This document shows, piece after piece, positions 39,342 to 53,472 of a stretch of DNA of 64,000 bases; position 1 is the stretch's first letter, and the number at the start of each line of letters is the position of its first letter. Both the position numbers and the translations under genes were made by a program. The notes below the pieces were generated by a model. That model saw nothing but the letters and a program-made list of their open reading frames with translations. It was not told where the DNA came from and made no database searches. This DNA is from Octopus vulgaris (lineage: Eukaryota). Where the stretch lies: assembly GCA_951406725.2 (NCBI GenBank), contig OX597820.1:128092001-128156000 (forward strand), written 5' to 3'.

Positions 39342-40509
39342 TGTATGTATGTATGTATGTATGTGTGTATGTATGTATGTATGTATGTATGTATGTATGT
39401 ATGTATGTATGTATGTATGTATGTATGTATGTATGTATGTGTGTATGTATGTATGTATGTATGTATGTATGTATGTATGTATGTATGTATGTATGTATGT
39501 GTGTATGTATGTATGTATGTATGTATGTATGTATGTATGTATGTATGTGTGTATGTATGTATGTATGTATGTATTTATGTATGTATGTATGTATGTATGT
39601 ATGTATGTATGTGTGTATGTATGTATGTATGTATGTATGTATGTATGTATGTATGTATGTATGTGTGTATGTATGTATGTATGTATGTATGTATGTATGT
39701 ATGTATGTATGTATGTATGTGTGTATGTATGTATGTATGTATGTATGTATGTATGTATGTATGTATGTGTGTATGTATGTATGTATGTATGTATGTATGT
39801 ATGTGTGTATGTATGTATGTATGTATGTATGTGTGTGTATGTATGTATGTATGTATGTATGTATGTATGTATGTATGTGTGTATGTATGTATGCATGCAT
39901 GTATGTATGTATGTGTGTATGTATGTATGTATGTATGTATGTATGTATGTATGTATGTATGTATGTATGTATGTGTGTATGTATGTATGTATGTATGTAT
40001 TTATGTATGTATGTATGTATGTATGTATGTATGTATGTATGTGTGTATGTATGTATGTATGTATGTATGTATGTATGTATGTATGTATGTATGTATGTAT
40101 GTATGTGTGTATGTATGTATGCATGCATGTATGTATGTATGTGTGTATGTATGTATGTATGTATGTATGTATGTATGTATGTATGTATGTATGTATGTAT
40201 GTATGTATGTATGTATGTATGTATGTATTTATGTATGTATGTATGTATGTATGTATGTGTGTATGTATGTATGTATGTATGTATGTATGTATGTATGTAT
40301 GTATGTATGTATGTATGTGTGTATGTATGTATGTATGTATGTATGTATGTATGTATGTGTGTGTGTATGTATGTATGTATGTATGTATGTATGTATGTAT
40401 GTATGTATGTGTGTATGTATGTATGTATGTATGTATTTATGTATGTATGTATGTATGTATGTATGTATGTATGTATGTGTGTATGTATGTATGCATGCAT
40501 GTATGTATG
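39132..40509. repeat. ~1.4-kb (TATG)n microsatellite
   Basis: Visible; source of the 346-505 aa MYVC/HTYI ORFs. Confidence 0.98.
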
Positions 40510-40542
40510 AACATAAATGAATGTATATATATATGTGTGTGC

Positions 40543-40583
<41 letters not shown>

Positions 40584-40597
40584 TGTGTTAGGTGCAC

Positions 40598-40725
40598 GTG
40601 AGGCTGTGTAGTAACAAGTTTGCTTCCCAACCACGTGGTTCCGGGTTCAGTCCCATGCGTGACATCTCGGGTCGACCAATACTTTGTGAGTGGATTTGGT
40701 AGACGGAAACTGAAAGAGGCCCGTC

Positions 40726-40730
<5 letters not shown>
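40598..40730 (+). mobile_element. SINE family B head
   Basis: GGCTGTGTAGTAA..CCAACCAC.TGGTTCCGGGTTCAGTCCCA..GTGAGTGGATTTGGTAGACGGAAACTGAAAGA. Confidence 0.85.
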
Positions 40731-40775
<45 letters not shown>

Positions 40776-40783
40776 AGAGAGAG

Positions 40784-40834
<51 letters not shown>

Positions 40835-40899
40835 AGGAGAAAGAAAGAGAGATGTATATCTACCTATTTATCTAACTATATATATGAACACGTACATGT

Positions 40900-41140
40900 G
40901 GTGGAGGATGGTTTACTGTTAAGGATGTTGGACTCATGATAGTAAGATTGCTGTATCGATTCCTTGACTGGGCTATGCATCATGTTCTTGAACAAAACAC
41001 TTCATTTGATTTTGCTCAAATCTACTCAGGTGGGGAAAATGACTAATCCTGCAACAGACCGGCAAATAGTCAAGTGGGGGAACATGCATCCTATAGAAAC
41101 AGGTCCTATGAGTTTATATAACACAGGAAGGATCTTTATC
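40900..41140 (+). mobile_element. Decayed SINE family D
   Basis: GTAAGATTG..TCGATTCC..TGTTCTTGAACAAAACACTTCATTT..ATAGAAACAGGTCCTATGAG. Confidence 0.7.
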
Positions 41141-41148
41141 TTTAATGT

Positions 41149-41183
<35 letters not shown>

Positions 41184-41186
<3 letters not shown>

Positions 41187-41469
41187 AGGCACATGGCCTA
41201 GTGGTTAGAGCAGAGGACTCGCGGTCGAGGGATCGCGGGTTCGAATCTCAGACCGGGCGATGTGTGTGTTTATGAGCGAAATACCTGAGCTCCACGCGGC
41301 TCCGGCAGAAGGTAACGGCGAACTTCTGCTAACTCTTTCGCCACAACTTTTTCTCACTTTTTCCTCCAGCATCTTGCATCTCACCTGCGACGTCCAGGTG
41401 GAGAACCTATACGACAAGGGAATCGGGAAACCTGCCTTATGAGCCAGGCGTGGCTCGAGAAGGAACAAG

Positions 41470-41472
<3 letters not shown>
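41184..41472 (+). mobile_element. tRNA-derived SINE family C
   Basis: TGGAGGCACATGGCCTAGTGG, GGTTCGAATCTC; collinear with 47980-48286. Confidence 0.92.
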
Positions 41473-41527
<55 letters not shown>

Positions 41528-42747
41528 GTGCGTGCGTGTGTGCGTGTGTGCGTGTGTGCGTGCGTGCGTGCGTGCAGACACGACTCTTAACCGACGGAAG
41601 GAAAGAAATCGATTCTGCTTGGTACCAGTGTCGTCATAGGCGTTACCCTTAAAATACAGTGACGAAACAAATAACAGTCATTGTTTTTCTAGCGATTCTA
41701 TTTATACACAATTATACACACAAGTACACATACATCTATACGCATACGTACTCAAACATATGCACATTAATTTATCTGATGAAGAATATATCTACCTTAG
41801 TACAACTGTCTATTTGCATATGCATATACATACATGTATACGTGCATGCATCTATACATGTATGCACGTATATATATATTTATATATATATATATATTAT
41901 ACATGTATATATGTTCACACATATATATGTATGTGTTTATGTATGTATATATATAATCATACATGCATGTATATGTATATATTTGAATGAATATATGTAT
42001 ATGCATTAGTGTGTGTGTGTGTGTATGTGTGTATGTGTTTATGTCTGTGTGTGCCTGTGTATATCCATGTCTCAGTACTGCTTCCTTTTTTATTGTACTT
42101 ACATAGAGGGACACCAGTGTGTATATCTAGATCAGAACAAATAAAACGCTTAGCAATGCGATGGCTGTATTGATAGACAAACATTGAGATACAAAGACAC
42201 ATCATGTCCTATCACACCAAAGAAATGAATAAATTCATTACATATACATGTATTCAGACGTTGTATGTTCACAAAGACAAAGTCTCGATTTAGGAAGTAT
42301 GCTTATACTTTCCAACAAAACTATCACCAGGTCAAGATATCCGCACTTATCAAAACTGAATAACAAATTAATGATAAACCATACTACAATGCACAAAGAA
42401 ATATATTGCAGTGTATACATTAGACACTACACTTAGTAAAAGTGCACAAACCACAGGTAACGTGTGAACCAGGAAAGGGTTTTAGGGGAAACATACACGA
42501 ACATATATTATATATTACAAAAATACTAAAGTTAAAAACCTGTTAAATAACAAAATATTAGCATGTAAAACATCTAATGATGGACAAAGTGCTTTATAAA
42601 TTATTTTACAAATATGTAATTTGGAAACTTCACAATAACAACTGTTGTATTTGCCATACAAATACAACAACCTTCCACTAGCGAACAAAGGATCAGCTGC
42701 AATGCACTACACTACACTACACAAAACACGATATTCTTCGGAACTCT

Positions 42748-42785
<38 letters not shown>

Positions 42786-43221
42786 TCACATATATATATG
42801 TGTGTGTGTGTCAAAATGAGGTTAAAGGGATATGTTATCCTAGCAGTTACCGTGTTTCCTCTTAATTTGTGACCGAGTTGATTAAAAGTTGCTAAGCTCT
42901 GGTAACTATTCTCGCCTGGTAAATCCGAGTGTCCTATTCAGACAACATGCGCTAGATGAAAGCAAAGATAAACAGCTGACTAATGAAGCATAAATCTACC
43001 GGCTAAAATAAGAACTTCGGCAGTAATATCTACACCTCTTATATAACCCAGGCCTAGAAAAACAAAAAAGAATCATCTAAAGAAGCCAACCTTAGCCTTA
43101 GACTGTCCTGAAAATGAAGCTGTGAAAGTTAAGAAATTTATAATAAAGATTTAATATCAAAGAAACTGCAAGGATCTCTTATAAATATATCAAAAGCACT
43201 TTATTCAAAATATTATTCGAT

Positions 43222-43491
43222 AAGTGTTTCTTAAACATTTTTTACATATGGACCTTTTAGATTCCTATTTTACTCTGGTGGACCCTTTTCCATTTCATTG
43301 CCATTTGATACTCTAAAAAACCCTATTGTATTTATGAATATTATTAGGAACTGTGTAAACAAAATTGTTAAAATATTTTGTGTATTGTAGAAATGTAGCC
43401 AATTTCTTGCAAAATAAATTTTAACAAAACCTTATATGGACCCCCCACCCCACCCGGCAAGGGTCATATGGGCACCAGTTGAAAACCACTG
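43222..43491. mobile_element. hAT-type MITE
   Basis: AGTGTTTCTTAAAC...GTTGAAAACCACTG termini; internal similarity to 48369-48808. Confidence 0.75.
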
Positions 43492-44423
43492 TTCCAGAAC
43501 ATAGTCGTGCTTTCAGTATAAGAAAGCTGCTTGCCTATCCATATAAGTGTGTTTGTGATTCTGCATGTGTAAATGTCTTTGCACATATGTATGCCACTGT
43601 TGTAGGAAGTATGAAGAACGTTGCATGTATAAAACAGAATTACAAAAGAAAATTGAAGCGCATTTCAGAAACACGACTGAAACAATCAGCTGAGACGGAC
43701 AAACATTCACAGCCGGAAACAGGCAAACTGCCAATACGAAACAATGAAGAGAAAATCTAAAAGTGGGTGAAATAAATCGGCATAACTGGAAGTTTTCAAT
43801 AGTTTGCCCACTTCTGAGATGGCTTTTGAGAAGAGATGCTTGGAAATGTGGCTAATATGCTGCAAAGGCATCGCTTTTTATTTTAGTTTTATTTTATTTA
43901 TTTATTTATATATTTATTGTTCTATTATTCGGTGACATCGATGTGCTCTCTGCCGACTGAAATATGTCTTACAGAAAATATATGACAAGTGGTCATATAA
44001 CTGAAGGCAAGCTCATAAATTGTATCTGAAATTTTCGACTTAATTCACCAACAGAAAGGAAAAAGTGTAACGCTTTTCCATTACTCGCTGACATGAATGC
44101 TTCGTATCTTGACTGAAATATGTATAGCAGAAAAAGTAGATATCAGGCAGTTGCATAATTGAACAAATATTTATAACTTTGTTTTGGAATTGTTTTGGTC
44201 TCAGTTTCCCAAAACAGACAAACACTCACAACACATACATACATACATACATACATACATACATACATACATACATACACATGCACTCATACACGGGCCT
44301 ACACAAACACACACTCACACACACTCTCTCTTTGTGTGTCTCTTTGAGTCTGTAGGTATGTGTGCGTATGTGTTATCAAAGCATGCTGCAACTTTTGCAT
44401 AAAGAGAGGTGACCTGTTTAATA

Positions 44424-44816
44424 TTCTTTTACTTGTTTCAGTCATTTGAATGCGGTCATGCTGGAGCACCACCTTTTGTCGAAGAAATGGATCCCAGGAC
44501 TTATTCGTCGTAAGCCTAGTACTTATTCTATCGGTCCCTTATGCTGAACCGATAAATTACGGGGACGTAAACACACCAGCATCGGTTGTCAAACGATGGC
44601 GGGGAGAGAAACGCAGACACACACATGCATAAATATACACATATGTATATACCACGGGTTTCTTTCAGTTTCCGTTTATCAAATCCACTTACAACGCTTT
44701 GGTCAGCCCGAAACTATAGTAGAAGACACTTACCAAAAGTGCCACGCAGTGGGACTGAACTCGGAACCATATGGTTGGGAAGCAGGCTTCATACCACAAC
44801 AGCTACGCCTACGCCT
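44424..44816 (-). mobile_element. SINE family B, full length
   Basis: Tail, internal CA/TA microsatellite, and tRNA-like head (GTGGGACTGAACTCGGAACCAT.TGGTTGG) all present. Confidence 0.92.
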
Positions 44817-45157
44817 CACCTTACTTATCTTACATTTCCCTGAATTCATTTAATCTACATAGGCCTTGTTAGTAAGAATAACTTTACGATTGTTTAATAT
44901 AAAATTATGGACGATATATATATATATATAACACGAGAGTTTCTACTCTTCTTTCTATTTTAGACAGTAAATATTAAAGCTTCTTTTAAGTTAATAACAT
45001 GGTATGCACTGGTTATTACTGAAGTCATAGATGTTGGTTCTCTTAAAGGTATTGATAGCATTGTTGGATACGACCATCGCAAGTATTTCTCTGGAATAAT
45101 GGATGTATTTAGAGTTTTTGGTTTTGTTAAGTTTTTTTCTGTAATATATATTTTGTT

Positions 45158-45530
45158 TCCTTTTACTTGTTTCAGTCGTTGGACTGCGGCCATGTTGGGG
45201 CACATTCTTGGAGAATTTAGTGGAACGAATCGAATCCAGCACATTTAATTAAATGTCTGGTAGTTATTCCATCGGTCTACTTTTACCGAACCACTAAATT
45301 ATGTGGACAAACAAACCAGCATATTGTCAAGCGGTAGTGGGGGACAAAGACACACACACACACACACATTCGACAGGCTTCTTTTAATTTCCGTCTACCA
45401 AATCCACTCATAAAGCATTGGTCGGCCCGAGGCAATTGAAAAAAAATACTTGCTCAAGATGCCATGTAGTGGAACTGAACCAATAAACATGCAATTGCGA
45501 AGCAAATATTTTACCATACACGAACGGCTG
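45158..45530 (-). mobile_element. SINE family B, full length, more diverged
   Basis: Collinear with 44424-44816. Confidence 0.88.
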
Positions 45531-45931
45531 CTGAAGGTGTTTTGTAAGCTGACCTTCTTTTTTTATCATGATACTGACGACGTTAGACTGAAAGGAGCCC
45601 AAGTTGTATTCTCTATTTCGCCTCAATATTTGAAATCAATCTTGTTTTCCTTCCTGGATTCTGCGACTTTTTTCTCGAAGGAATAAGTTTTCCACTTCAG
45701 GTTTTTGTTTAGAGGAATACACTCACACACACACACATGTATATATATTCATATATAAATATATATAGGCATCTTACTCTTTCTCTCAAAGACATATTAT
45801 ATGTATATATATATATATGTATATGTGGGTGTATGTACATATATATATATATACATATATATATATACATATATATAAACATATATATATATAGATAGAT
45901 AGATAGACAGATAGATAGATAGATATATAGA

Positions 45932-46008
<77 letters not shown>

Positions 46009-46701
46009 GTATTAATATACGTATGTATATATATGCATATATATACATATATATTTTTTTATATGATTGAACGCCACGCGTCCTTTTCCAAGTAAGTTTG
46101 ATCTTAATTCTGATGCACACTCTATACGATCCTTTTACTCTTTCGTTTTTCTCTCTTCTTCTTTTACCTCCTCTTCTCCCGCTATTCTATCCTATTACTC
46201 TGTCACTCTCTTTCCCTCACTCCTCCTCCCTTGCTCATGTAGCTCCCACGTGACCATCGGCCTTCTATCTTTCTTCTCCTAACTTGTGTTCCTTTCTTTC
46301 TCTCCGTTTTAACTGGAACAAGGAAGATGTGTTCTTGTCTGTCTCATGTCCAAGCTTGATTTACGCGTTCGCCACCACAACCTCGTTTAGGCTTAGCAGT
46401 CCTTCCTATTTGTTTTCACTGTCCTGTTTGTGCTACCAATTTTGACCCTCCGCAAAATCCCAAATTTTATTTAATTTGCTTTGCGGGAGCAACTGTTTTA
46501 ATGAAAGCATATATTGTTGTTAAATGCTCGAAATATGAGAGTAGAAAAACAACTGATGAAGGATCGTTCTTTATGTTGTTTGTCTCGTTTTCCATTTATG
46601 TCTTTCGTTGTCCGAAAAAACGAGAAGATTGATCATATTCCATGTAAAGGTACTTCGTACATTTTTGTTGTACACATTTCGTGACGTCCTGTGCCCACAT
46701 A

Positions 46702-46811
<110 letters not shown>

Positions 46812-46813
46812 TT

Positions 46814-47204
46814 ATTCTTTTATTTGCTTCGGTCATTTGACTGCGGCCATGCTGGAGCACCGTCTTTAATCGAGCAAATCGACACCAGGACTTATTCTTT
46901 GTAAGCTTAATACTTATTTTATCGGTCACTTTTGCCGAACCGCGTGGTTATGGGGACGTAATCACACCAACATCGATTGTCGAGCGATTGTGGTGAGGGG
47001 ACAAACATATACACACACATACATATATATATATACACATTTATACGACGAGCCTCTTTCAGTTTCCGTCTGCCAAATCCACTCACAAGGCTTTGGTCTG
47101 CCTAAGGCTATAGTAGAAGATACTTGCCCAAGGTGCTATTAAAAGTGGTACTGAACTCGGAACCATGTGGTTGGTAAGCAAGCTACTTACCACACAGTCA
47201 CTCC
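46814..47204 (-). mobile_element. SINE family B, full length
   Basis: Collinear with 44424-44816. Confidence 0.92.
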
Positions 47205-47979
47205 TTTCAGATACGCATACGTATATATATAAAATTGCTTACATTAACAAAATGAAGAATAAACTAAGTTACTCTAAATTTGGTAACTCTGTTCAAAACC
47301 GATTACTTATACATACAAACATACATACATACATACAAACATACATACATACATACAAACATACATACATACATGCATACATACATGCATACATACATAT
47401 ATGTGTACGTGCGGGTGTACATACATAAAGGGCATACGTGCATGCATACATACATACTACATGCATACATACAAACATATATATGTATCAACGTATACAA
47501 CCGGCATACATAACTATGTGTGCGCGTGTGAATGTATGTATATGTTACAATTGGAAGAATATAGAAAGAACGTTGCATGTATGAGATAAAGTTAGAGAAA
47601 GCTGAAGTGCAATTCTGAAGCACGACTGAAATGATCGACTGACGCAGCGAAACCTTCACATTTAGAAAGTGGCAGGCTATCAATATGAAACAATGAAGTG
47701 CAAACCTAAAAATGATTTGCCTACTTCTGAAAGAATTATCGACAGAAGTTGCTTGGGAATGTGGTGAATATACTGCAAAGGCGTCACTTTTTTTCCATTA
47801 TTCGATTACATCAATGTGTCCTGTACCGATTGAAGTATGTCTACGATGAAATATATACCAGACAGTCATAGAAGTAAACGCTAGCTCTTAAATTGTACCT
47901 GAAAGTTTTGTATCAGTTTGGCAGCAGACACGCACGCGCGCATACACACATTCACTCACATGCACGCACACATGCCTAT

Positions 47980-48286
47980 GTGTGGAGGCACATGGCCTAG
48001 TTGTTAGAGCAGCGAACTCGCGGTCGAGGGATCGTGGGTTCGAATCTCAGAGCGGGCGATGTGTGTGTTTATGAGCGAAACACCTAAGCTCCATGCGGAT
48101 CCGGCAGAAGGTAATGGCGAAACTTCTGCTAACTCTTTCACCACAACTTTCTCTCACACTTTTCTCCTGCAGTCTTGCAGCTCACCTGCGACGGACCGGC
48201 GTCCCGTCCAGGTGGGGAACCTATACGCCAAGGAAACCGGGAAACCGGCCTTTATGAGCCAGGCATGGCTCGAGAAGGAACAAACA
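47980..48286 (+). mobile_element. SINE family C with 12-bp TSD
   Basis: ACACATGCCTAT at 47968-47979 and 48287-48298. Confidence 0.93.
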
Positions 48287-48368
48287 ACACATGCCTATAC
48301 ACATACGTATACGCTCACACATATAGTTATGGTTGTATACAAGTATGAATGTAGGTACTTCTGTGTAA

Positions 48369-48808
48369 CAGTGGTTCTCAACCCTTTTATGTCTATGGAT
48401 CGCTTTGATTCCTAATTTACTTTACTGGGCCCCCGTAGCCATTTGATGTTTAAATAAAATCCTTATTATTAGGAATTGTATTCAAAAAATTGTTGAAATG
48501 TTTTGTGTATAGTAAAATTATAAATAATAAATAAATGCGCCCTTTTTAAAGCCTAGCCAGACTCATGAACCCGGTTTCCCGGTTTCTATGGTATATGTGT
48601 TCCCCAGCTGAACAGGACGCCAGTCCATCGCAGCGTTACTCATTTTCGCCAGCTGAGTGGACTGGAGCAACTTGAAATGAAGTGTTTTGCTCAAGAACAC
48701 AACGCGTCGCCTGGTCCAGGAATCGAAACCACAACCTTACGATCATGGTGATGACACCCTAACCACTAAGCCACGCGCCTCCACATAGACCCCGGCTGAG
48801 AACCACTG
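48369..48808. mobile_element. hAT-type MITE carrying a nested SINE D
   Basis: TIRs CAGTGGTTCTCAACC / GGCTGAGAACCACTG. Confidence 0.85.
48525..48784 (-). mobile_element. SINE family D nested in MITE
   Basis: Near-identical layout to 31690-31942. Confidence 0.92.
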
Positions 48809-50686
48809 GTGTATCAGCTTGCAGAATACTTTCCTATATTCCTAAAAATTACAACCTGAAGCTGTTTTTTATCCTAGACTCAAACCAACGTCTACAACTA
48901 GCTCAGTTTTGCTATCCGTGTGTGGCATCGGTTCTTTATTAACGAACAACTCACAACTAGATTGATATCATATATACACTTATGGAATCAAATGTGAATA
49001 TATGATATCCACGTATGTGAATATTATAAACGTTTAGTGAAAAATGACCTGGAGGAAAGTGATATTTCTAGGGATTTATATCTGCATAGAAAGGGAGTGC
49101 TGAAAATAACGTAGCTATTGTACAACAAAAGCCGTTCCTTTTCAATGTTTTCGTCTGCGTAATTGCTTGGCTAAAATAATCAGTACTATGGCTGTGGTAC
49201 TAATTGAAATTTTTTAAAGAAGGCGTTCACAGATTTTTCTTCTCATGCCACAGACTATACATCTTCCGCAAGCTACAAGCTACAATAAGATGATTGGCGA
49301 TTGTAACATCTCGCTGATACATCAACTTTACAATAAAATGAGGAACACAATAATGGAAATCCAGCAATAGAAATATTGATTTATTTTTCATTTTAATATT
49401 TTTAATATTGGTTCAAGGCTACAATTTTATCGCCGAATGACTAATGACAAACTAAGCCTCGGCGAAGGGAGCGTTCGCTGTGTCTATCTGCATTTTACCG
49501 ACTTCAGCAATACAAATATTGAAGTTGTTGTTTCGCTTTAGGTTAATTCTGATGGAAGAGGTCTACTACTAAAGGTGGTCTACAAACTATGGCTACGACG
49601 GGGTATGAAAAAGTTCTCGGACTAGTTATATTTAATAGAAAATTACTCGTATTCTGTCTTTAGGTTTTTGTTTGTTCTGGTAGCATGCGATCAGAACCAT
49701 ATTCTCTAATGTGACATTTTTCAAGTCAATAGGTTATGCGATTTCAGAAGACATTGGGTTGCTATTTCTTGAGTTCTAGAAACTATATAAAGGCTCCTCA
49801 CCTTCTGGAACTCAAGAACAGTAGAATAAATACAATATTATGTAACTAACACTTAAGGAACTCGAAAACCATAGGTTCATCATATAACTTAGTTTATAGT
49901 TAATCTATGCTAATTTATTCTATTAGACACAAATGGTTAATTTTTAACTTGGGATAAATCATGCGCTGAGACATCCAAAGTTATTAATGGTGTAAGTGAA
50001 ACTGCTTTCGTAATTGAAGACGAGAAAGCGACACAGAAGCTCAGATCACCAACAGATTACCTCTAACACCATATCATTTGCAACCAATGTAATATATATT
50101 ACGAGAATAGCCGTTATATTGCCACTTGACCAACAAGAAATGACAGCTAAATGTCGCACAAATCACACCATACCATCTTTAAAGAAAGGATTTATTGGGT
50201 AATTTTGTTGTCTCTTGGGAGAATCATTATGCCAATATTATTAACACATGCACTGGTTCAAATCCACTCCTTTTGGTTAAATATCCAACTAATTAATCGA
50301 TTGCTTATTGGGTAATGTTTTTCTAGCCCTGACACGAAAAAACCGATAGGATAATTATTATGGCTGAAATCTTTTTCAGAATAAATCTCCTCAATCAGGA
50401 TTGATGTTGGCTTAACTACAACAATAGAATATTGCTTTATTTTACTTTCTTTTGAATAGATATGGAAATGGAAACTTTTTATATTCATGCATTTCTCAAG
50501 AAGTGGTTAAGTAGTTCATTACCTAACCACTTGATTTCAGGTTCAGTCCCACGGCGTGATACCTTACGCAATTAAACAGTCATCAAGACGGTGCCCCAGC
50601 AAACATATAAAAGACGAAAATTATTTATTTTCATATACAGACATACATATGTATACATATGTATATGTATACATATACATACATAC

Positions 50687-50794
<108 letters not shown>

Positions 50795-50929
50795 GGATGA
50801 TAGTGATGAAAAAAGTAAAATTGTTTCGACTTTGAACTGAAACCCGGGCGTAGATTTAATTCATAGCATTTCACCCGGTTTGGTTTGTTGCATTTAGCGT
50901 CAAAGTATTAAATATAGATTTATAAAAAA

Positions 50930-51723
<794 letters not shown>

Positions 51724-52104
51724 TGTTAAATGCCTGGCTTTTGTGAGAAGGGTGAAATCGATCACATTGATCCAAGTTCTTGATTGGTAATTATATAATT
51801 ATTTTATCGACCTTAAAAGGATAAGGGGCACAGTCGATTTTGCAGGATCGAATCTAAATACTGATCAAACGATTACGCCAATCCACTACCCAACAGTAAA
51901 TATTCATAGATATATTTCTTTTTAATTATATTTTTAACTATGCATGGTGCATTAAGAAATCTAAAATTCAGGCGCTTTTCTAGAAAATGTGACTAGGCTC
52001 CACACAGGGAAACGATAATAGAGGGCGGACTCTATAGTTTAAATGCCTAAATAAGTATATCATGTTGTCCGAAATAAGAGAGTATGTACGTGTGATACAT
52101 ATAC

Positions 52105-52152
<48 letters not shown>

Positions 52153-52249
52153 GTGTGTATGTGTGCATGTGTGGGTGGCGTGTGCTTGCGTTTGTTCGCG
52201 CGTATGATTCCACATTGCTTTTCCTCCCCTCTCCCCAACCAATCTCCCA

Positions 52250-53055
52250 CACTGTCCCTTAAAATAGCAAACATTCCTTAGCTACACACGAGACAGAAAA
52301 TGTGCTTTTCTGGGAAGATTTTCGAGCACCCCTTCGATTTGGGCCACCAGCTCAGCCTTGGTATAGCAGGCAAACGGCTGGTATCTTTCTCAACTGCATC
52401 CCACACACAGTAACCCATGGGATTATAACGGGAGAATTAAGAGGCCTAGAATTGAGACTGGTAAAGTTTGGAATTTCTCCGACAAACACTTCTCTTTCCG
52501 AATCCTGCTGCCACACATTTTGCCTTCAAGCAGCAACCCTTTCCAACCAAGGTTTGACAGAGACACCAGCAACTTCACATAGCCGTCTGAATTCAGTTGA
52601 AGTCTCTGTTCAAAGATGTGGTGAGGAATTTCGGCATGCTGATGCTGTCAGAACGCTTGCTGTATCTCTTCATGTTGGCCACTGCTTCGTAGTTTCTGTT
52701 GCAGCAGTTGATGTCACATCTTACAGCTTTTACAAGGTTCACAGAGCATTAAGCTGCAGTCACAGTGTCGGCATTTTGATTGCCGGTGCGAACCATCATG
52801 ATACAGGCAACTCTTTTCCAATATTCAGATGGCTCTCAGCCCTCCATGTCAGCTTAGTTTTTCTCAACTACAACTTTAACCTTTATGCACTTCAACATTG
52901 TTGGCTGTCTGCCAATTCATCAAGCTGTGCCTGAAAAAGAGGTAACATAAAACATTATCAAATTTAGTCCGATTTTTACAACATGGATGTTGACAATGAC
53001 ATGAAAGTTTCAACAACGACAGCAAGCCCAAACTTCAAAGTCAGTCAACCGTTTT
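52250..53055 (-). mobile_element. Internally deleted DD37D-like Tc1/mariner relic
   Basis: Minus strand FTSLNSRPLNSP.YNPMGYCVWDAVEKDT..TKAELVAQI resembles the 11985-12770 catalytic C-terminus; boundaries approximate. Confidence 0.7.
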
Positions 53056-53119
53056 CTTGCAAAATTTTATATATTCACACACACAGAACACAGATACATG
53101 CACACACACATATATTTAT

Positions 53120-53472
<353 letters not shown>

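Noticed and set aside
38983-40634. Long ORFs of 346-505 aa (HTYI/MYVC repeats)
   Set aside because: Translations of (TATG)n, which lacks stops in several frames; same for all IYIY, SIYL, FLSF, VCVC ORFs in the track.
49766-49818. 16-bp inverted repeat around TATATAAA
   Set aside because: Sits within an old dispersed repeat (cf. ~8790, ~62548); most likely a short template-switch inversion.
52302-52934. 210-aa + strand ORF
   Set aside because: Antisense shadow of the minus-strand transposase relic; no recognisable protein. Same for 3371-3760 and 27925-28514.
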